A stretch of DNA of 64,000 nucleotides, taken from Phycisphaerae bacterium (GTDB taxonomy: Bacteria; Planctomycetota; Phycisphaerae; UBA1845; PWPN01). The notes beneath the pieces were generated by a model, which made no database searches, was not told the origin of the DNA, and saw only the letters and a list, made by a program, of their open reading frames with translations. Below, one piece after another: positions 8,468-18,601 of this stretch (position 1 is its first letter; the number at the start of each line of letters is the position of its first letter). Made by a program: the position numbers and the translations under genes. The stretch spans positions 10,836 to 74,835 of the forward strand of contig JAGNEZ010000018.1 of the NCBI GenBank assembly GCA_018003015.1. The letters are read 5' to 3'.

Positions 8468-9172
8468 CTACGCCTTGTCGCCGCCCGAGGCCTCACTGGA
8501 AGCACCCGCTTCCGGCACCTGCGCCGGCGCAGCCTCGGCATCGGCGGAACCGCGCTTGCGAGTCATTTTACCCGCTTTGGCGGCCGCTGCATAGCGCCGC
8601 TCGGTGCGTCGCTGGCGAGCGGTTTTTTCCGGACGGGTGACGGTGCCGGGAGACTCCTCCCGGCCAACCAGTTGGAGCACGGCCCGGGGAGCACTATCCC
8701 CCTTGCTCACCTTGCCAAGGGGAATAACCCGGGTGTATCCACCCGGCCGATCCTCGAACCCGGAGGCGACGTTCTGGATCAAGTGGTTGACGATGGAGAC
8801 GGCCGTGAACTTCTGGCCACCCCGGGCGGCCCCCAGACGATACCGCCGCCCGCTGCGGGATCGCATCACCCTCTGCCGGGCCGCGTCCGACATCCCTCCA
8901 TACTCCTCACGGTTCTCGGCCGGAATCACCGCCCGATCGCCGAGCAGCGAGGTCAGTCGCTGGCGGGCAGCCAGGCGGGCGGCGGGGGCCCCGGTACGAG
9001 CCTTGCGAGCCAGGGTAATCAATCGCTCGACAAAGGGACGAACGTCCTTGGCCTTGGTCAACGTGGTGCGGATCTGCCCGTGCTCGAACAGGTTCTGGGC
9101 CATGTTCCGCCGCAGGGCCAGGCGGTGCTCCTTCGTTCGATTCAGTTTTCGTCTTGCGACGAGATGCCTCAT
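8468..9172 (-). CDS. rplQ: 50S ribosomal protein L17 (extended form)
   Basis: MRHLVARRKLNRTKEHRLALRRNMAQNLFEHGQIRTTLTKAKDVRPFVERLITLAR...GGYTRV. At 234 aa it carries an internal insertion and a K/R/A-rich C-terminal tail. Confidence 0.9.
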   Translation of the reverse strand: MRHLVARRKLNRTKEHRLALRRNMAQNLFEHGQIRTTLTKAKDVRPFVERLITLARKARTGAPAARLAARQRLTSLLGDRAVIPAENREEYGGMSDAARQRVMRSRSGRRYRLGAARGGQKFTAVSIVNHLIQNVASGFEDRPGGYTRVIPLGKVSKGDSAPRAVLQLVGREESPGTVTRPEKTARQRRTERRYAAAAKAGKMTRKRGSADAEAAPAQVPEAGASSEASGGDKA

Positions 9173-9186
9173 GACAACACTCCACG

Positions 9187-10323
9187 CTAGTTCGAACTCA
9201 CACCGGCTGGGACGGTGTCGCCGCCATCACCGGGATTGCCGGCCGACGCGGGAGAGACCGGGTTCTGACCAGCGGAATCACCCGCATTCGCCGCCCCCGG
9301 CTCCGACGACGCACCGGTGGCTCCAAAAGTCATTCCCAGGCTCAGGCCCAGGTCCGCTAACTTGCGCTTGACCTCGCGAAGCGACGTCCGACCAAAGCTC
9401 CTCACCTTCAACAGGTCGGTCTCGGTCATGCGGGCTAGCTCACCCACCGTGCTGACCTTCGCCGACTGCAGGCAGTTGCCCGCCCGAACGGATAAATCCA
9501 GCTGAGCGATGGGCATGGACAGCCGCTCCTGCAGATCGCGATCCACGGCAGTCGCGGCGACCGCTTCCGCGGCCGGAACTTCCGCCGCGGCCGTCTCTTC
9601 CCCAAGCTCCTGGTAACCAACGAACGGATTGAGGTGCTTGCGGAGAATCTTGGCCGCCTCGACCATGGCGTCCTCGGGCCGAATCGTGCCCTTGGTCCAG
9701 ATCTCCATGATCAGACGATCGTAATTGGTCCGCTGACCCACGCGGGTCTCCTCGGTCTTGTAGCGCACCCGGGTGACCGGCGAAAAAACCGAGTCAACCG
9801 CGATAACGCCCAATTCGTCGCTGCCCGTCTGGTTCTCTTCCGAGGTTCGGTAACCGCGGCCCGGACTGACCCAGAACTCGATGGACAGCTCGACCGGCTC
9901 GGTCAGCGTGGCGATCAGCTGCCCCTGGTTGATGATCTGGATGCTCGCATCCGGCTCAATGTCCCGGGCGAAGACCTCGCCAGGTCCCTTGCGGACCAAC
10001 TTCATGGTCTTCTCACCCTCGCTCTCCATTCGAAGAACGAGGTTCTTGATGTTCAAAATGATGTCAGTCACGTCCTCCATCACACCGGGGAGGCTCATGA
10101 ACTCGTGGCTGGCGCCTGCAATCCGTACTTTGGTGACCGCCGCGCCCTCCAAACTGGAGAGCAGAATCCGGCGCAGGCTGTTACCGACCGTCGTGCCAAA
10201 ACCGCGCTCGAACGGTTCGATGAGCAGCCGGGCATAGGTGTCCGTGCTGATAGACTCATCACGAATGACCTGCGTCGGCAGTTCGAGGCCACGCCACCTT
10301 GTTCGCATCGGGGATTCCTCCAA
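9187..10323 (-). CDS. rpoA: DNA-directed RNA polymerase subunit alpha
   Basis: NTD includes LIEPFERGFGTTVGNSLRRILLSSLEGAAVTKVRI. CTD includes LDLSVRAGNCLQSAKVSTVGELARMTETDLLKVRSFGRTSLREVKRKL. A G/S/P-rich C-terminal tail of about 45 aa follows. Confidence 0.95.
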   Translation of the reverse strand: MEESPMRTRWRGLELPTQVIRDESISTDTYARLLIEPFERGFGTTVGNSLRRILLSSLEGAAVTKVRIAGASHEFMSLPGVMEDVTDIILNIKNLVLRMESEGEKTMKLVRKGPGEVFARDIEPDASIQIINQGQLIATLTEPVELSIEFWVSPGRGYRTSEENQTGSDELGVIAVDSVFSPVTRVRYKTEETRVGQRTNYDRLIMEIWTKGTIRPEDAMVEAAKILRKHLNPFVGYQELGEETAAAEVPAAEAVAATAVDRDLQERLSMPIAQLDLSVRAGNCLQSAKVSTVGELARMTETDLLKVRSFGRTSLREVKRKLADLGLSLGMTFGATGASSEPGAANAGDSAGQNPVSPASAGNPGDGGDTVPAGVSSN

Positions 10324-10336
10324 AATCGGTCAAGGG

Positions 10337-10717
10337 TTAGACGCGACGCTTCTTGGCCGGCCGGCATCCGTTGTGCGGCAACGGCGTCACATCCTCAATG
10401 GACTGGATCCGCATGCCCGCCGCCTGGAGTGCAGTGATGGCCGACTCGCGACCGGGACCGGGCCCCTTGACGCGGATCTCGAGCTCGTTCAAGCCAAACT
10501 TCTTGGCCGCCTGAGCCGCGGCTTCGGCAGCCCGGGTGGCGGCGAACGGCGTGCTCTTCCGCGTGCCCTTGAAGCCGACTGTTCCGGCCGAGGCCCAGGC
10601 CAGCACTTCGCCCGCCGTGTCGGTAATCGTGATCATCGTGTTGTTGAACGTCGCCTTGATGTGAGCGATCCCGCGGGATACGCTCCGGCGAGCTTTCTTC
10701 TTGCCACCTTTAGCCAC
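10337..10717 (-). CDS. rpsK: 30S ribosomal protein S11
   Basis: [45 protein letters not shown]. Confidence 0.95.
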   Translation of the reverse strand: MAKGGKKKARRSVSRGIAHIKATFNNTMITITDTAGEVLAWASAGTVGFKGTRKSTPFAATRAAEAAAQAAKKFGLNELEIRVKGPGPGRESAITALQAAGMRIQSIEDVTPLPHNGCRPAKKRRV

Positions 10718-11099
10718 GATGCATCTCCTTCACACCCTTCTTCCCTGCTACGGTCTTCTTCGGCCCCTTGCGCGTCCGGGCATTCGAGCGGGTCCGCTGC
10801 CCGCGCACCGGAAGGCCTCGCCGGTGCCGCATCCCTCGGTAGCAGCCAATGTCCCGCAGCCGGGCAATGTTCTGCTGCACCTGGCGACGGAGCTGGCCCT
10901 CGGCCACATAGTTCCGGTCGATCACGCCCGCAATGCGAGCCACCTCGTCCTCGGTCAGGTTCTTCGCCCGAACTCCAGGTTCGATACCCGCCTCCTTGAG
11001 GACAGCGCGGGCCAGGGTCGGACCGATCCCGTAAATGTAACGCAACGAGATCTCGACTCTCTTGTCACTCGGTATGTCAACGCCTGCGATACGCGGCAC
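10710..11099 (-). CDS. rpsM: 30S ribosomal protein S13
   Basis: [30 protein letters not shown]. Confidence 0.95.
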   Translation of the reverse strand: MPRIAGVDIPSDKRVEISLRYIYGIGPTLARAVLKEAGIEPGVRAKNLTEDEVARIAGVIDRNYVAEGQLRRQVQQNIARLRDIGCYRGMRHRRGLPVRGQRTRSNARTRKGPKKTVAGKKGVKEMHRG

Positions 11100-11153
11100 G
11101 TTGACCCTCCTCTCTTAGCACCGGTCCCCGGGTGCCGGGCGACCTGTCCATTG

Positions 11154-11267
11154 TCATCCCTGCCGCTGCTTGTGCCGTGGGTTCGTGCAGATCACCCGCA
11201 CCACGCCACGCCGGCGAATAATCTTACAGTTCTCACAAATACGACGAACGCTGCTTCGGACTTTCAT
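11154..11267 (-). CDS. rpmJ: 50S ribosomal protein L36
   Basis: Below the ORF-track size cutoff. My translation is [37 protein letters not shown] followed by a stop, with the CxxC...CxxxxH zinc motif. Confidence 0.9.
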   Translation of the reverse strand: MKVRSSVRRICENCKIIRRRGVVRVICTNPRHKQRQG

Positions 11268-11296
11268 GGCTCGATTCCCAACTGCGGCCTCTGACC

Positions 11297-12112
11297 TCAA
11301 TGCCCGTCAGTGAGCACCTCCACCCCATACTCCGTCACCGCGAGAGTGTGCTCAAAATGGGCGGCATACCGCCCGTCCTTCGTGACGACCGGCCAGCCGG
11401 TCTTGTCCGCATAACCCACCGACGCGGTTCCCATGTTCACCATGGGCTCAACTGCAATGACCAGACCCGGAAGCAGCATGAAATCCATCCGCCGCTCCCG
11501 CGCGTCGGTGTAGTTTGGCACCTTCGGCTCCTCGTGCATTTCCTTGCCGATGCCGTGCCCAACGAAATCCCTGACCACCGAGAAACCCGCAGCCTCCACG
11601 TGCCGCTGCATCTGGCTGGCCACCTCGCTCCACCACCGCTTCGGCCGGACCTCATGGATCGCGATGCTCAGGGCCTCCTCAGTCACCCTCAACAACCGCT
11701 CGACGTCCCCCGAGACCTTCCCGATCGGGATCGTGGTCGCCGCGTCGCCGCAATAGCCGCCCAACCGCACACCGCAGTCAATACTGACGACGTCACCTTC
11801 GTTCAACACCCGCTCGGACGGAATCCCGTGCACCACCTCGTCGTTGACGCTGGTACACAACACCGCCGGAAACGGAAACCTCGCGTGTTTCATCCGCTGC
11901 CCGCGAAACAGAGGCTCCCCCCCCGCTCCCGCGATCAACCGATCCGCTTCCGCGTTCAGCTCCGCGGTCGTCAGCCCGGGCCGGGCCATCTCCCGCATCC
12001 GAACCAGCACGCCATGCACCAGCCTTCCCGCCTTTCGCATCAGCTCAAGCTCCTCGCGGCTCTTGAGCTTGGCGGTCTCAGATCGTCGCAGGATGCCCCT
12101 CATCGAGAGCAC
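11297..12112 (-). CDS. map: type I methionine aminopeptidase
   Basis: [37 protein letters not shown] and [10 protein letters not shown]. Confidence 0.95.
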   Translation of the reverse strand: MLSMRGILRRSETAKLKSREELELMRKAGRLVHGVLVRMREMARPGLTTAELNAEADRLIAGAGGEPLFRGQRMKHARFPFPAVLCTSVNDEVVHGIPSERVLNEGDVVSIDCGVRLGGYCGDAATTIPIGKVSGDVERLLRVTEEALSIAIHEVRPKRWWSEVASQMQRHVEAAGFSVVRDFVGHGIGKEMHEEPKVPNYTDARERRMDFMLLPGLVIAVEPMVNMGTASVGYADKTGWPVVTKDGRYAAHFEHTLAVTEYGVEVLTDGH

Positions 12113-12772
12113 CTATCGCGCAAAAGCACGGACTAAGTCGCTCATCTGCCGAGCGACGACCTCGATATCCTGGGTGCCGTCTACCTGCTTCAGCACGCCC
12201 TTCGCGCAATAGTAGCTCTCCAGGACTTCGGTCTGAGCGTGGTAAGCATCGAGACGCTGCTTGACCACGGCTTCGGTGTCGTCCGGCCGCTGCACCAGAT
12301 TCTCCCCGGTCTCGTCACACACGCCCGGAACCTTGGGGGGATTGTACTTCACGTGGTACACCTTCCCGCTCGGCGAAATGCGCCGTCCGGTGATCCGCTC
12401 CACAATCAGCCCGTCCGGCACAACCAGCGAGAGCACCACATCCACCTTCGTTCCGGCTTTAGCCAGAGCCTCATCCAGCTTGCGGGCCTGAACCAGGGTC
12501 CGCGGGAAACCGTCCAACAACACGCTGCGCTTCTCGGCCGACGCCTTCAGCACCCGGCCGAGAATCACCTCGATGATAATGTCGTCCGGAACCAGGGCTC
12601 CGGAGTCCATGTAACCGGCCACCTTGGCGCCCAGGGCCGTCCCGCTCTTGCGCTCCGCCCGGAGCACATCCCCGCTGGAGAGGTGCTCGAAGCCAAACGT
12701 CGAAACCAGCCGCTCGGCTTGGGTGCCCTTGCCAGCACCCGGAGGTCCAAACAGAATCACGTTCATGCCCAA
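12113..12772 (-). CDS. adk: adenylate kinase
   Basis: P-loop NVILFGPPGAGKGTQAERL, with a short lid lacking the 4-Cys motif. The stop abuts the map start. Confidence 0.95.
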   Translation of the reverse strand: MGMNVILFGPPGAGKGTQAERLVSTFGFEHLSSGDVLRAERKSGTALGAKVAGYMDSGALVPDDIIIEVILGRVLKASAEKRSVLLDGFPRTLVQARKLDEALAKAGTKVDVVLSLVVPDGLIVERITGRRISPSGKVYHVKYNPPKVPGVCDETGENLVQRPDDTEAVVKQRLDAYHAQTEVLESYYCAKGVLKQVDGTQDIEVVARQMSDLVRAFAR

Positions 12773-12787
12773 GTCCGCCTTTCCCTG

Positions 12788-14131
12788 TCAGTCGCTGCTC
12801 AGGAAGCCCTTGTAGTTGCGCATCACCAGGTTGGCCTCGATCCGCTGAACCATATCCAGGGCAACGCTGACCACAATCAAGAGGCCAGTACCTCCAAGGA
12901 ACGAGGACACGGTGTACGGAATCTGCATCCAACTGGCCACCAGGGTGGGAATGATGGCAATGATCGACAGGAACGCCGCACCCACGTAAGTGATGCGACC
13001 CATGACCCGCTCGAGGTAGTCGGCGGTACGCTTGCCCGGCCGCAGGCCCGGAATGAAACTGCCGTAGTCGCGGAGGTTGTTGGCCATCTCCTTCGGCTGG
13101 AACTGAACCGCAGTCCAGAAATACGCGAAGAAGTACACCAGGGCGATGTAGCAGAGCACGTAAATGTAGCCGTCGTGCTGCAGGGAGTCCCGCATGAAGC
13201 GAAAGAACGCCCAGTTGGTCGCGTCAGCCAGATACCCGAAGATCACACCCGGAAAGATCATCAGCGAGCTGGCAAAGATGATCGGCATCACGCCGCCGTG
13301 GTTGACCCGCAGAGGCAAATACTGACGCTGCCCGCCAAGAACCCGCCGACCACGCGTATGCTTGGCCTGCTGGATCGGGATTCTCCGCTGGGCCTGGGTA
13401 ATCAGGATCGTCCCCGCGACCACACAAATGAACGCGACAATCAGGACCGCAATGCTGATCGGGCTCAGACTGCCGGCCGTGCCGGCGGAACCACCAAACG
13501 AGGTGTTCTCCGCCACGTACATCACCGCGTTCGGAATGCGGGCGATGATGCCGGCCATGATGATGAGACTGATGCCGTTGCCGATGCCGTACTCGTCGAT
13601 CTGCTCACCAAGCCACATCAGGAAAATGGTCCCGCACGTCAGGCCAAACACGCCAATCAGCCAGAACTGCAGCCCACCCGCGAAATCCGCGTACACGTAG
13701 CCGCGAGCCTGCATGTAGTTGATCCAGAACACCGCCTGGATGAGGCACAAACCTACCGTCGAATACCGGGTGTACTCCTGGATCTTCTTGCGGCCGGTGT
13801 CCCCTTCGCGCTGCAGTTTCTCCAGCGCCGGAACGACCGTGGCCAGGAGCTGGAAAATGATCGCAGCGGAGATGTACGGCATGATCCCCAGGCCGAACAC
13901 GGTGCTCTGCTGCAGATCCCCCCCGGTGAACAGCGCGAAGGCGGCGGCCAGCTGACCGAAACCGCCCTGGTCGCCGGCCTGCTTCTTGAGGGCTTCAGCC
14001 ATCGAGCTCTGGTCAATACCTGGCAGGGGCACGTGAAAACCGAGGCGGTAGATCATCAGCAAGCCAAGCGTGAACAACAGCTTGCGCCGCAACTCGGGAA
14101 TCCGGAAGATGTTGAGGATCGTGCTGAACAT
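12788..14131 (-). CDS. secY: preprotein translocase subunit SecY
   Basis: 447 aa, multi-TM. Contains FGLGIMPYISAAIIFQLL. Position between rplO and adk is canonical. Confidence 0.95.
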   Translation of the reverse strand: MFSTILNIFRIPELRRKLLFTLGLLMIYRLGFHVPLPGIDQSSMAEALKKQAGDQGGFGQLAAAFALFTGGDLQQSTVFGLGIMPYISAAIIFQLLATVVPALEKLQREGDTGRKKIQEYTRYSTVGLCLIQAVFWINYMQARGYVYADFAGGLQFWLIGVFGLTCGTIFLMWLGEQIDEYGIGNGISLIIMAGIIARIPNAVMYVAENTSFGGSAGTAGSLSPISIAVLIVAFICVVAGTILITQAQRRIPIQQAKHTRGRRVLGGQRQYLPLRVNHGGVMPIIFASSLMIFPGVIFGYLADATNWAFFRFMRDSLQHDGYIYVLCYIALVYFFAYFWTAVQFQPKEMANNLRDYGSFIPGLRPGKRTADYLERVMGRITYVGAAFLSIIAIIPTLVASWMQIPYTVSSFLGGTGLLIVVSVALDMVQRIEANLVMRNYKGFLSSD

Positions 14132-14165
14132 ACTGGTGTTCCCTGGCCGCTTCCCCTGCCAATGC

Positions 14166-14618
14166 CTACTTGCCGATCACCGTGGCCTGGCCGCCGGCCT
14201 CGGTAATCTTCTTGACCGCCGAGGCGCTGAAGCAGGTGGCCTCAACCCGCAGCTTCTTCCCAACCTCACCGTCACCCAGAATCTTCACCGGTGCCTTGGG
14301 GTCGTGAATGAGTCCGACCGACTTGAGCAGGTCCGGGGTGACGTGGGTGTTGGCCTCAAAACGATCCTCGAGGGTGCCCACGTTCACCACCTGGTACTCG
14401 GTCCGAAAACCAAAGTTGCTGAAGCCACGCTTGGGCAGCCGGCGAAAGAGCTGCGTCTGGCCACCCTCGCTCAGAGGCTTGGCCCCGTGAGAAGAGTGGG
14501 CCCCGGCGCCTTTGGTGCCGCGACCCGCAGTCTTGCCGCGACCCGAACCCACACCACGCCCCAACCGCTTGGCGCGATGCTTGGCTCCGGCCTTGGAAGT
14601 CACGTCCGTAATCATCAT
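14166..14618 (-). CDS. rplO: 50S ribosomal protein L15
   Basis: KRLGRGVGSGRGKTAGRGTKG. Start set at MMITDV (14618), with GGGAG 9 nt upstream. The longer track ORF (to 14672) would overlap rpsE. Confidence 0.9.
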   Translation of the reverse strand: MMITDVTSKAGAKHRAKRLGRGVGSGRGKTAGRGTKGAGAHSSHGAKPLSEGGQTQLFRRLPKRGFSNFGFRTEYQVVNVGTLEDRFEANTHVTPDLLKSVGLIHDPKAPVKILGDGEVGKKLRVEATCFSASAVKKITEAGGQATVIGK

Positions 14619-14668
14619 GGCTGTATCACTCCCGGCTCGCCACCGGCCTCTCAAAACCAAGCCGGCAC

Positions 14669-15382
14669 TCAAGCCAGCGTCACCTCACGCAACCGCGCGA
14701 CATCCGCCTTGACCCGCAGAGCCAACAGGCCCTCGAACGTGGCCTTGACCAGATTCTTCGGATTGGTCGAGCCGTACACCTTGGTGAGCACGTCCTTCAC
14801 GCCCGCCAACTCGAGCACCGACCGGACCGCAGCCCCGGCGATGATACCCGTTCCCTTGCTGGCCGGCAGCATGACCACCTCGCTCGCTCGATACTTGGAG
14901 CGAATCCGATGCGGGATGGTCGTGCCGTCTAGCTTCACCGGCACCATGGCCCGTCGGGCGGCCTTGCTGGCCTTGTCCACCGCGCTGGGCACTTCGTTGG
15001 CCTTGCCGTAGCCCACGCCCAGCTTGCCCTGACGATCACCGCAGACCACCAACGCGGCAAAACTGAATCTCCGGCCGCCCTTGACCACGGTGGCACAACG
15101 ATAAACCTTGACCACCGCTTCCTCGATCCCGCCGTCGTCGATCTCCCCGCTGTCCCGGCGATCACGGCCACCACGCTCGCCGCGGCCACCACGACCCGCC
15201 GGACCGCCACGACCACCGCCGCCGTGCCCGCCCCGACCACCGCCGCCGTGCCCGCCCCGACCCCCGTGTCCACCCCGTCCGCCGCCGACTTCCCCTTCTC
15301 CGTCCGCGCCATGCGGACCACTGGTCTGGGCTTCACCGGTCGGCTCCTGGTTCTGCGCCTGTTTCGTCAACTCGTCAGCCAT
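14669..15382 (-). CDS. rpsE: 30S ribosomal protein S5 with Gly/Arg/His-rich N-terminal extension
   Basis: Core includes VVKVYRCATVVKGGRRFSFAALVVCGD and GTGIIAGAAVRSVLELAGVKDVLTK. It is preceded by GGGRGGHGGRGGHGGGGRGGHGGGGRGGPAGRGGRGERGGRDRRD. Confidence 0.93.
   Translation of the reverse strand: MADELTKQAQNQEPTGEAQTSGPHGADGEGEVGGGRGGHGGRGGHGGGGRGGHGGGGRGGPAGRGGRGERGGRDRRDSGEIDDGGIEEAVVKVYRCATVVKGGRRFSFAALVVCGDRQGKLGVGYGKANEVPSAVDKASKAARRAMVPVKLDGTTIPHRIRSKYRASEVVMLPASKGTGIIAGAAVRSVLELAGVKDVLTKVYGSTNPKNLVKATFEGLLALRVKADVARLREVTLA
15211..15258. repeat. perfect 24-nt tandem duplication inside rpsE
   Basis: gaccaccgccgccgtgcccgcccc occurs at 15211-15234 and again at 15235-15258. On the coding strand each copy encodes RGGHGGGG. 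More diverged G/R-encoding copies flank the pair. Confidence 0.85.
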
Positions 15383-15393
15383 GCCTGCCTCGA

Positions 15394-15762
15394 CTAAATC
15401 TTCAGCCCCGCCTCGCGAGCCGCCTTGGCCAACGCCTCGACGCGCCCGTGGTATTTGTAACCGTTCCGATCGAGTACCGCTTGCTTGATGCCCTGGGCTA
15501 CGGCCCGCTCGCCGAGGGTCTTGCCGATCGCGGCCGCCGCCTTCTTGTTGCCGCCATAGCCGACCCCCTCACGGAGGTCCTTGCCCTTGGTGCTGGCCGA
15601 CAGCAGCGTCCGACCCGCGACATCGTCAATCAACTGAGCGTAAATGTGCTGAAGGCTGCGGAACACGGTCAGCCTGGGCCGCTGCGAGGTGCCGAAAATC
15701 GTCTTCCGCACCCGCATCTTGCGGCGTAACCGGCGGATCTTCTTCTGTTCGGTTCTATTCAT
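15394..15762 (-). CDS. rplR: 50S ribosomal protein L18
   Basis: [47 protein letters not shown]. The track ORF extends to 16065, but that part overlaps rplF and is not L18-like. Confidence 0.92.
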   Translation of the reverse strand: MNRTEQKKIRRLRRKMRVRKTIFGTSQRPRLTVFRSLQHIYAQLIDDVAGRTLLSASTKGKDLREGVGYGGNKKAAAAIGKTLGERAVAQGIKQAVLDRNGYKYHGRVEALAKAAREAGLKI

Positions 15763-15793
15763 GACCTTACCCGGATCAATAAGCGGAAGCGGA

Positions 15794-16408
15794 TCAACCA
15801 CCGCTGCCCGCAAACGCCTTGCCCTGCTTGCGCCGGACGTGCTCGCCGACGTAACGGATTCCTTTGCCCTTGTAGGGCTCCGGTGGGCGGATCTTACGGA
15901 TCTCGGCCGCGAATTGACCGACCACCTGCTTGTCCGGCCCCTCAATCGAGAGTTTGGCCGGCTCATTGTCGCCACGGGCGGCAGCAACCTCCACAGTGAC
16001 TTTGACCCCAGCGGGGATCTCCAGTGAGAATTGCGCGTCCTTCGGCTTGCCCGCCGCATCCACACCCCGTCCCATGTAACCGCAGTTCAACAGCAGCTTG
16101 CCGCCCTGAAGCTTGCAGCCGTAACCAGTGCCGTAGATCTCCAAAGCCTTGCGGTACCCGCTCTGAACCCCGAGAACCATGTTCGCGATGAGCGCCCGCG
16201 TCAGTCCATGAAGGGCCCGACCCTGAGCCGTATCCTGCTCCCGGCCCACGCGAATCTCAGCCGCCTTGCTGTCGAACTCAATGCTGACCCCGGACGGGCA
16301 TTCCCAGGCCAGGTTACCCTTCGGCCCGGACGTCTTCACCGTCCGGCCGGCAACCTCGACCTTCACGCCCGCGGGCACCGGAACTGGTTTCTTGCCGATA
16401 CGAGACAT
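15794..16408 (-). CDS. rplF: 50S ribosomal protein L6
   Basis: [31 protein letters not shown]...[11 protein letters not shown]. Confidence 0.95.
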   Translation of the reverse strand: MSRIGKKPVPVPAGVKVEVAGRTVKTSGPKGNLAWECPSGVSIEFDSKAAEIRVGREQDTAQGRALHGLTRALIANMVLGVQSGYRKALEIYGTGYGCKLQGGKLLLNCGYMGRGVDAAGKPKDAQFSLEIPAGVKVTVEVAAARGDNEPAKLSIEGPDKQVVGQFAAEIRKIRPPEPYKGKGIRYVGEHVRRKQGKAFAGSGG

Positions 16409-16465
16409 CGCCTGACGTCCTCTTCTTGCCGCTCGTTCACCCGACGCCGACAGAACCTACGCCGA

Positions 16466-16870
16466 TCAGCTCACGATACAGACCAACTCACCACCGATTC
16501 CACGTTCCCGGCACTGCCGATCACTCAACATGCCCTGACTCGTGGACACCACACCGATCCCCATCCCATTGAGCACCCGGGGGAGATCATCCACCCCGCG
16601 ATAGTCCCGGCAACCATTCTTGGAGACCCGCTTGATCTCATTCAAGACCGGTTCGCCCAGCGGACCGTACTTCAACTGAATCCTGAGCACACCCTGGTGG
16701 GCATCCTCGATCCGGTCGTACCCGAGGATGTAACCCTCCTGCTTGAGAACCTCGGCGATACTGGCCTTGACGTTCGACAAGGGCACCTTGACCTCGCGGG
16801 ATCGCACCCGAACGGCATTGCGAATCCGGGTCAGCATGTCAGCAATCGGGTCGCTCCACATCCTCAGCAT
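16466..16870 (-). CDS. rpsH: 30S ribosomal protein S8
   Basis: SDPIADMLTRIRNAVRVRSREVKVPLSNVK. An alternative start lies at 16861. Confidence 0.93.
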   Translation of the reverse strand: MLRMWSDPIADMLTRIRNAVRVRSREVKVPLSNVKASIAEVLKQEGYILGYDRIEDAHQGVLRIQLKYGPLGEPVLNEIKRVSKNGCRDYRGVDDLPRVLNGMGIGVVSTSQGMLSDRQCRERGIGGELVCIVS

Positions 16871-16960
16871 CCTCGTTCAAACGGGGCGGCACCCGCGAAC
16901 CGGCGCCCCTCGGCCCCTCGGCCTCATGGACGCCACCCGCCCGATGCCCGCTCCCGCGGT

Positions 16961-17146
16961 TCACCAACTCGCTTTCTTCACGCCCGGGATCAGGCCCTGA
17001 TTGGCCATGTTCCGGAAACACACCCGGCACAGCCGAAACTTGCGGTACACCGCGTGCGACCGCCCGCAAACCTGGCATCGCCTCACCGAGCGGCACTTGA
17101 ACTTCGGGGGCTGGTTCGCCTTGTACATCCACGCTGTTGTCGCCAT
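16961..17146 (-). CDS. rpsZ: 30S ribosomal protein S14, type Z (zinc-binding)
   Basis: 61 aa with CxxC...CxxC: [39 protein letters not shown]. Confidence 0.93.
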   Translation of the reverse strand: MATTAWMYKANQPPKFKCRSVRRCQVCGRSHAVYRKFRLCRVCFRNMANQGLIPGVKKASW

Positions 17147-17209
17147 GCATTACATCCATTCTCGCGGCCACCGGCTACCGCCCGCGGCTGCATCGTCTCA
17201 ATCTCCCGC

Positions 17210-17767
17210 TCAATCCTTCGCGTGGGCATCCGTCCGGAACGGCATGCCCATCATCCGCAGCAACTCGCGGCTCTGCCGATCATCCCGGGCCGTGGTCACC
17301 AGGGTGATGTTCATCCCCTGGGGAAACTCGACCGCGGTCACGTCGATCTCAGGAAAGATCGTCTGCTCGCTCACCCCCATCGAGTAGTTGCCCCGCCCGT
17401 CGAAACCCTGGGGATTGAGGCCCCGAAAGTCGCGGATACGCGGAATGGCAATGTTGATCAGCCGATCCAGAAACTCGTACATCCGCGTACCCCGCAGCGT
17501 CACTTTCACCCCAATCGGGTTCTCTTCGCGAAGCTTGAAGTTCGACACGCTCTTGCGGGCCTTGCAGACCTGGGCCTTCTGCCCGGTGATGGTGGCCAGA
17601 TCCTTGGCCGCCACCTCGATCCGCTTCTTCTCCTGCGTCGCCTTGCCCACCCCCATGGACACCACGATCTTGGTCAGCCGCGGAACGGCCATGGGATTGC
17701 GAGTCTTCAACGATTCGAAGAAGGCCGGCATGATTTCCTGTTTGTACTTGTCCAACAAGCGAGCCAT
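17210..17767 (-). CDS. rplE: 50S ribosomal protein L5
   Basis: MARLLDKYKQEIMPAFFESLKTRNPMAVPRLTKIVVSMGVG. Confidence 0.95.
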   Translation of the reverse strand: MARLLDKYKQEIMPAFFESLKTRNPMAVPRLTKIVVSMGVGKATQEKKRIEVAAKDLATITGQKAQVCKARKSVSNFKLREENPIGVKVTLRGTRMYEFLDRLINIAIPRIRDFRGLNPQGFDGRGNYSMGVSEQTIFPEIDVTAVEFPQGMNITLVTTARDDRQSRELLRMMGMPFRTDAHAKD

Positions 17768-17769
17768 GA

Positions 17770-18135
17770 TTAGCTTTCCGTCTTCCTGCGAGTCAGCGTA
17801 CTCAGCCGCGTCCCACTCACCGACACCCGATGCTTGGCCAGAACCTTCCCCTTGTCGCCGCGCTCCACCTCAAAGCGGACCCGGGCCCCGCGCCCACCCT
17901 TGGCCCCCTTCTCGTCCACCGGCAGCACATTCGAAATGTGCATCGGGGCTTCCTTCTGGAGCCGGCCACCCTGCGGGTTGCGGCGGCTCGGACGCACGTG
18001 CCGGAACACCATGTTCACGCCCTGGACTATGACCAGGCCGCGCTTGGGGTTGACCCGAAGCACCTTGCCGCGCTCCCCTTTGTGATCGCCGGCAATCACT
18101 TCCACCAGATCGTCTTTTCGAATGTGAAACGCCAT
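17770..18135 (-). CDS. rplX: 50S ribosomal protein L24
   Basis: [39 protein letters not shown] (KOW motif). Confidence 0.93.
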   Translation of the reverse strand: MAFHIRKDDLVEVIAGDHKGERGKVLRVNPKRGLVIVQGVNMVFRHVRPSRRNPQGGRLQKEAPMHISNVLPVDEKGAKGGRGARVRFEVERGDKGKVLAKHRVSVSGTRLSTLTRRKTES

Positions 18136-18183
18136 GGCAACCTTCCGTCAGCCCTTCCGGCAACGCCGGACGCCCGTCAACCC

Positions 18184-18588
18184 TCAAACCACCTCGTCCG
18201 CCAGCGACACGATCTTCATGTACCCCTTCTCGCGAAGCTCGCGCGCCACCGCCCCAAAGATCCGCGTCCCCTTGGGCTCGTTCTTGTCGTCCACCAGCAC
18301 CACGGCGTTGCGATCAAAGCGGACATAGCTGCCGTCCGGACGCCGGGTCGGATGGTTGGTCCGCACCACCACGCCGCGAACCACGCGGGCCTTGTGGTTG
18401 CCGGGCTTCATGAAATCGCTGTTGGCCAGAGCTTTCTTGACCGCCAGGATCACGATGTCACCCACCCCCGCCGTCTTCCGTCGGGGTTTGCCCACCCGAC
18501 CAGTACTGCCGCCCAGGACGCGAATCACCATGGCCAGCTTGGCACCCGTGTTGTCCGCCACATCCACTACCGTTTGAAGCTGAATCAT
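18184..18588 (-). CDS. rplN: 50S ribosomal protein L14
   Basis: [27 protein letters not shown]...[17 protein letters not shown]...[10 protein letters not shown]. Confidence 0.95.
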   Translation of the reverse strand: MIQLQTVVDVADNTGAKLAMVIRVLGGSTGRVGKPRRKTAGVGDIVILAVKKALANSDFMKPGNHKARVVRGVVVRTNHPTRRPDGSYVRFDRNAVVLVDDKNEPKGTRIFGAVARELREKGYMKIVSLADEVV

Positions 18589-18601
18589 TGCCGTCTCTCA
18601 C

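Noticed and set aside
12239-14206. 655-aa plus-strand ORF. Similar giants occur at 16031-17773 (580 aa), 21292-23175 (627 aa), 23786-25468 (560 aa), 6076-7326 (416 aa), 3377-4567 (396 aa) and 60598-61797 (399 aa).
   Set aside because: All lie antisense to clearly identified genes (secY/adk, ribosomal proteins, fusA, GT2, aroF, the GT-C protein). They are R/P/G/H-rich and low-complexity with no recognisable motifs. These are typical GC-driven shadow ORFs sharing wobble positions with the real gene.
15763-16065. N-terminal 100-aa extension of the L18 ORF in the track (223 aa).
   Set aside because: The extension overlaps rplF in another frame and is R/S-rich. L18 homology begins at MNRTEQKK (15762).
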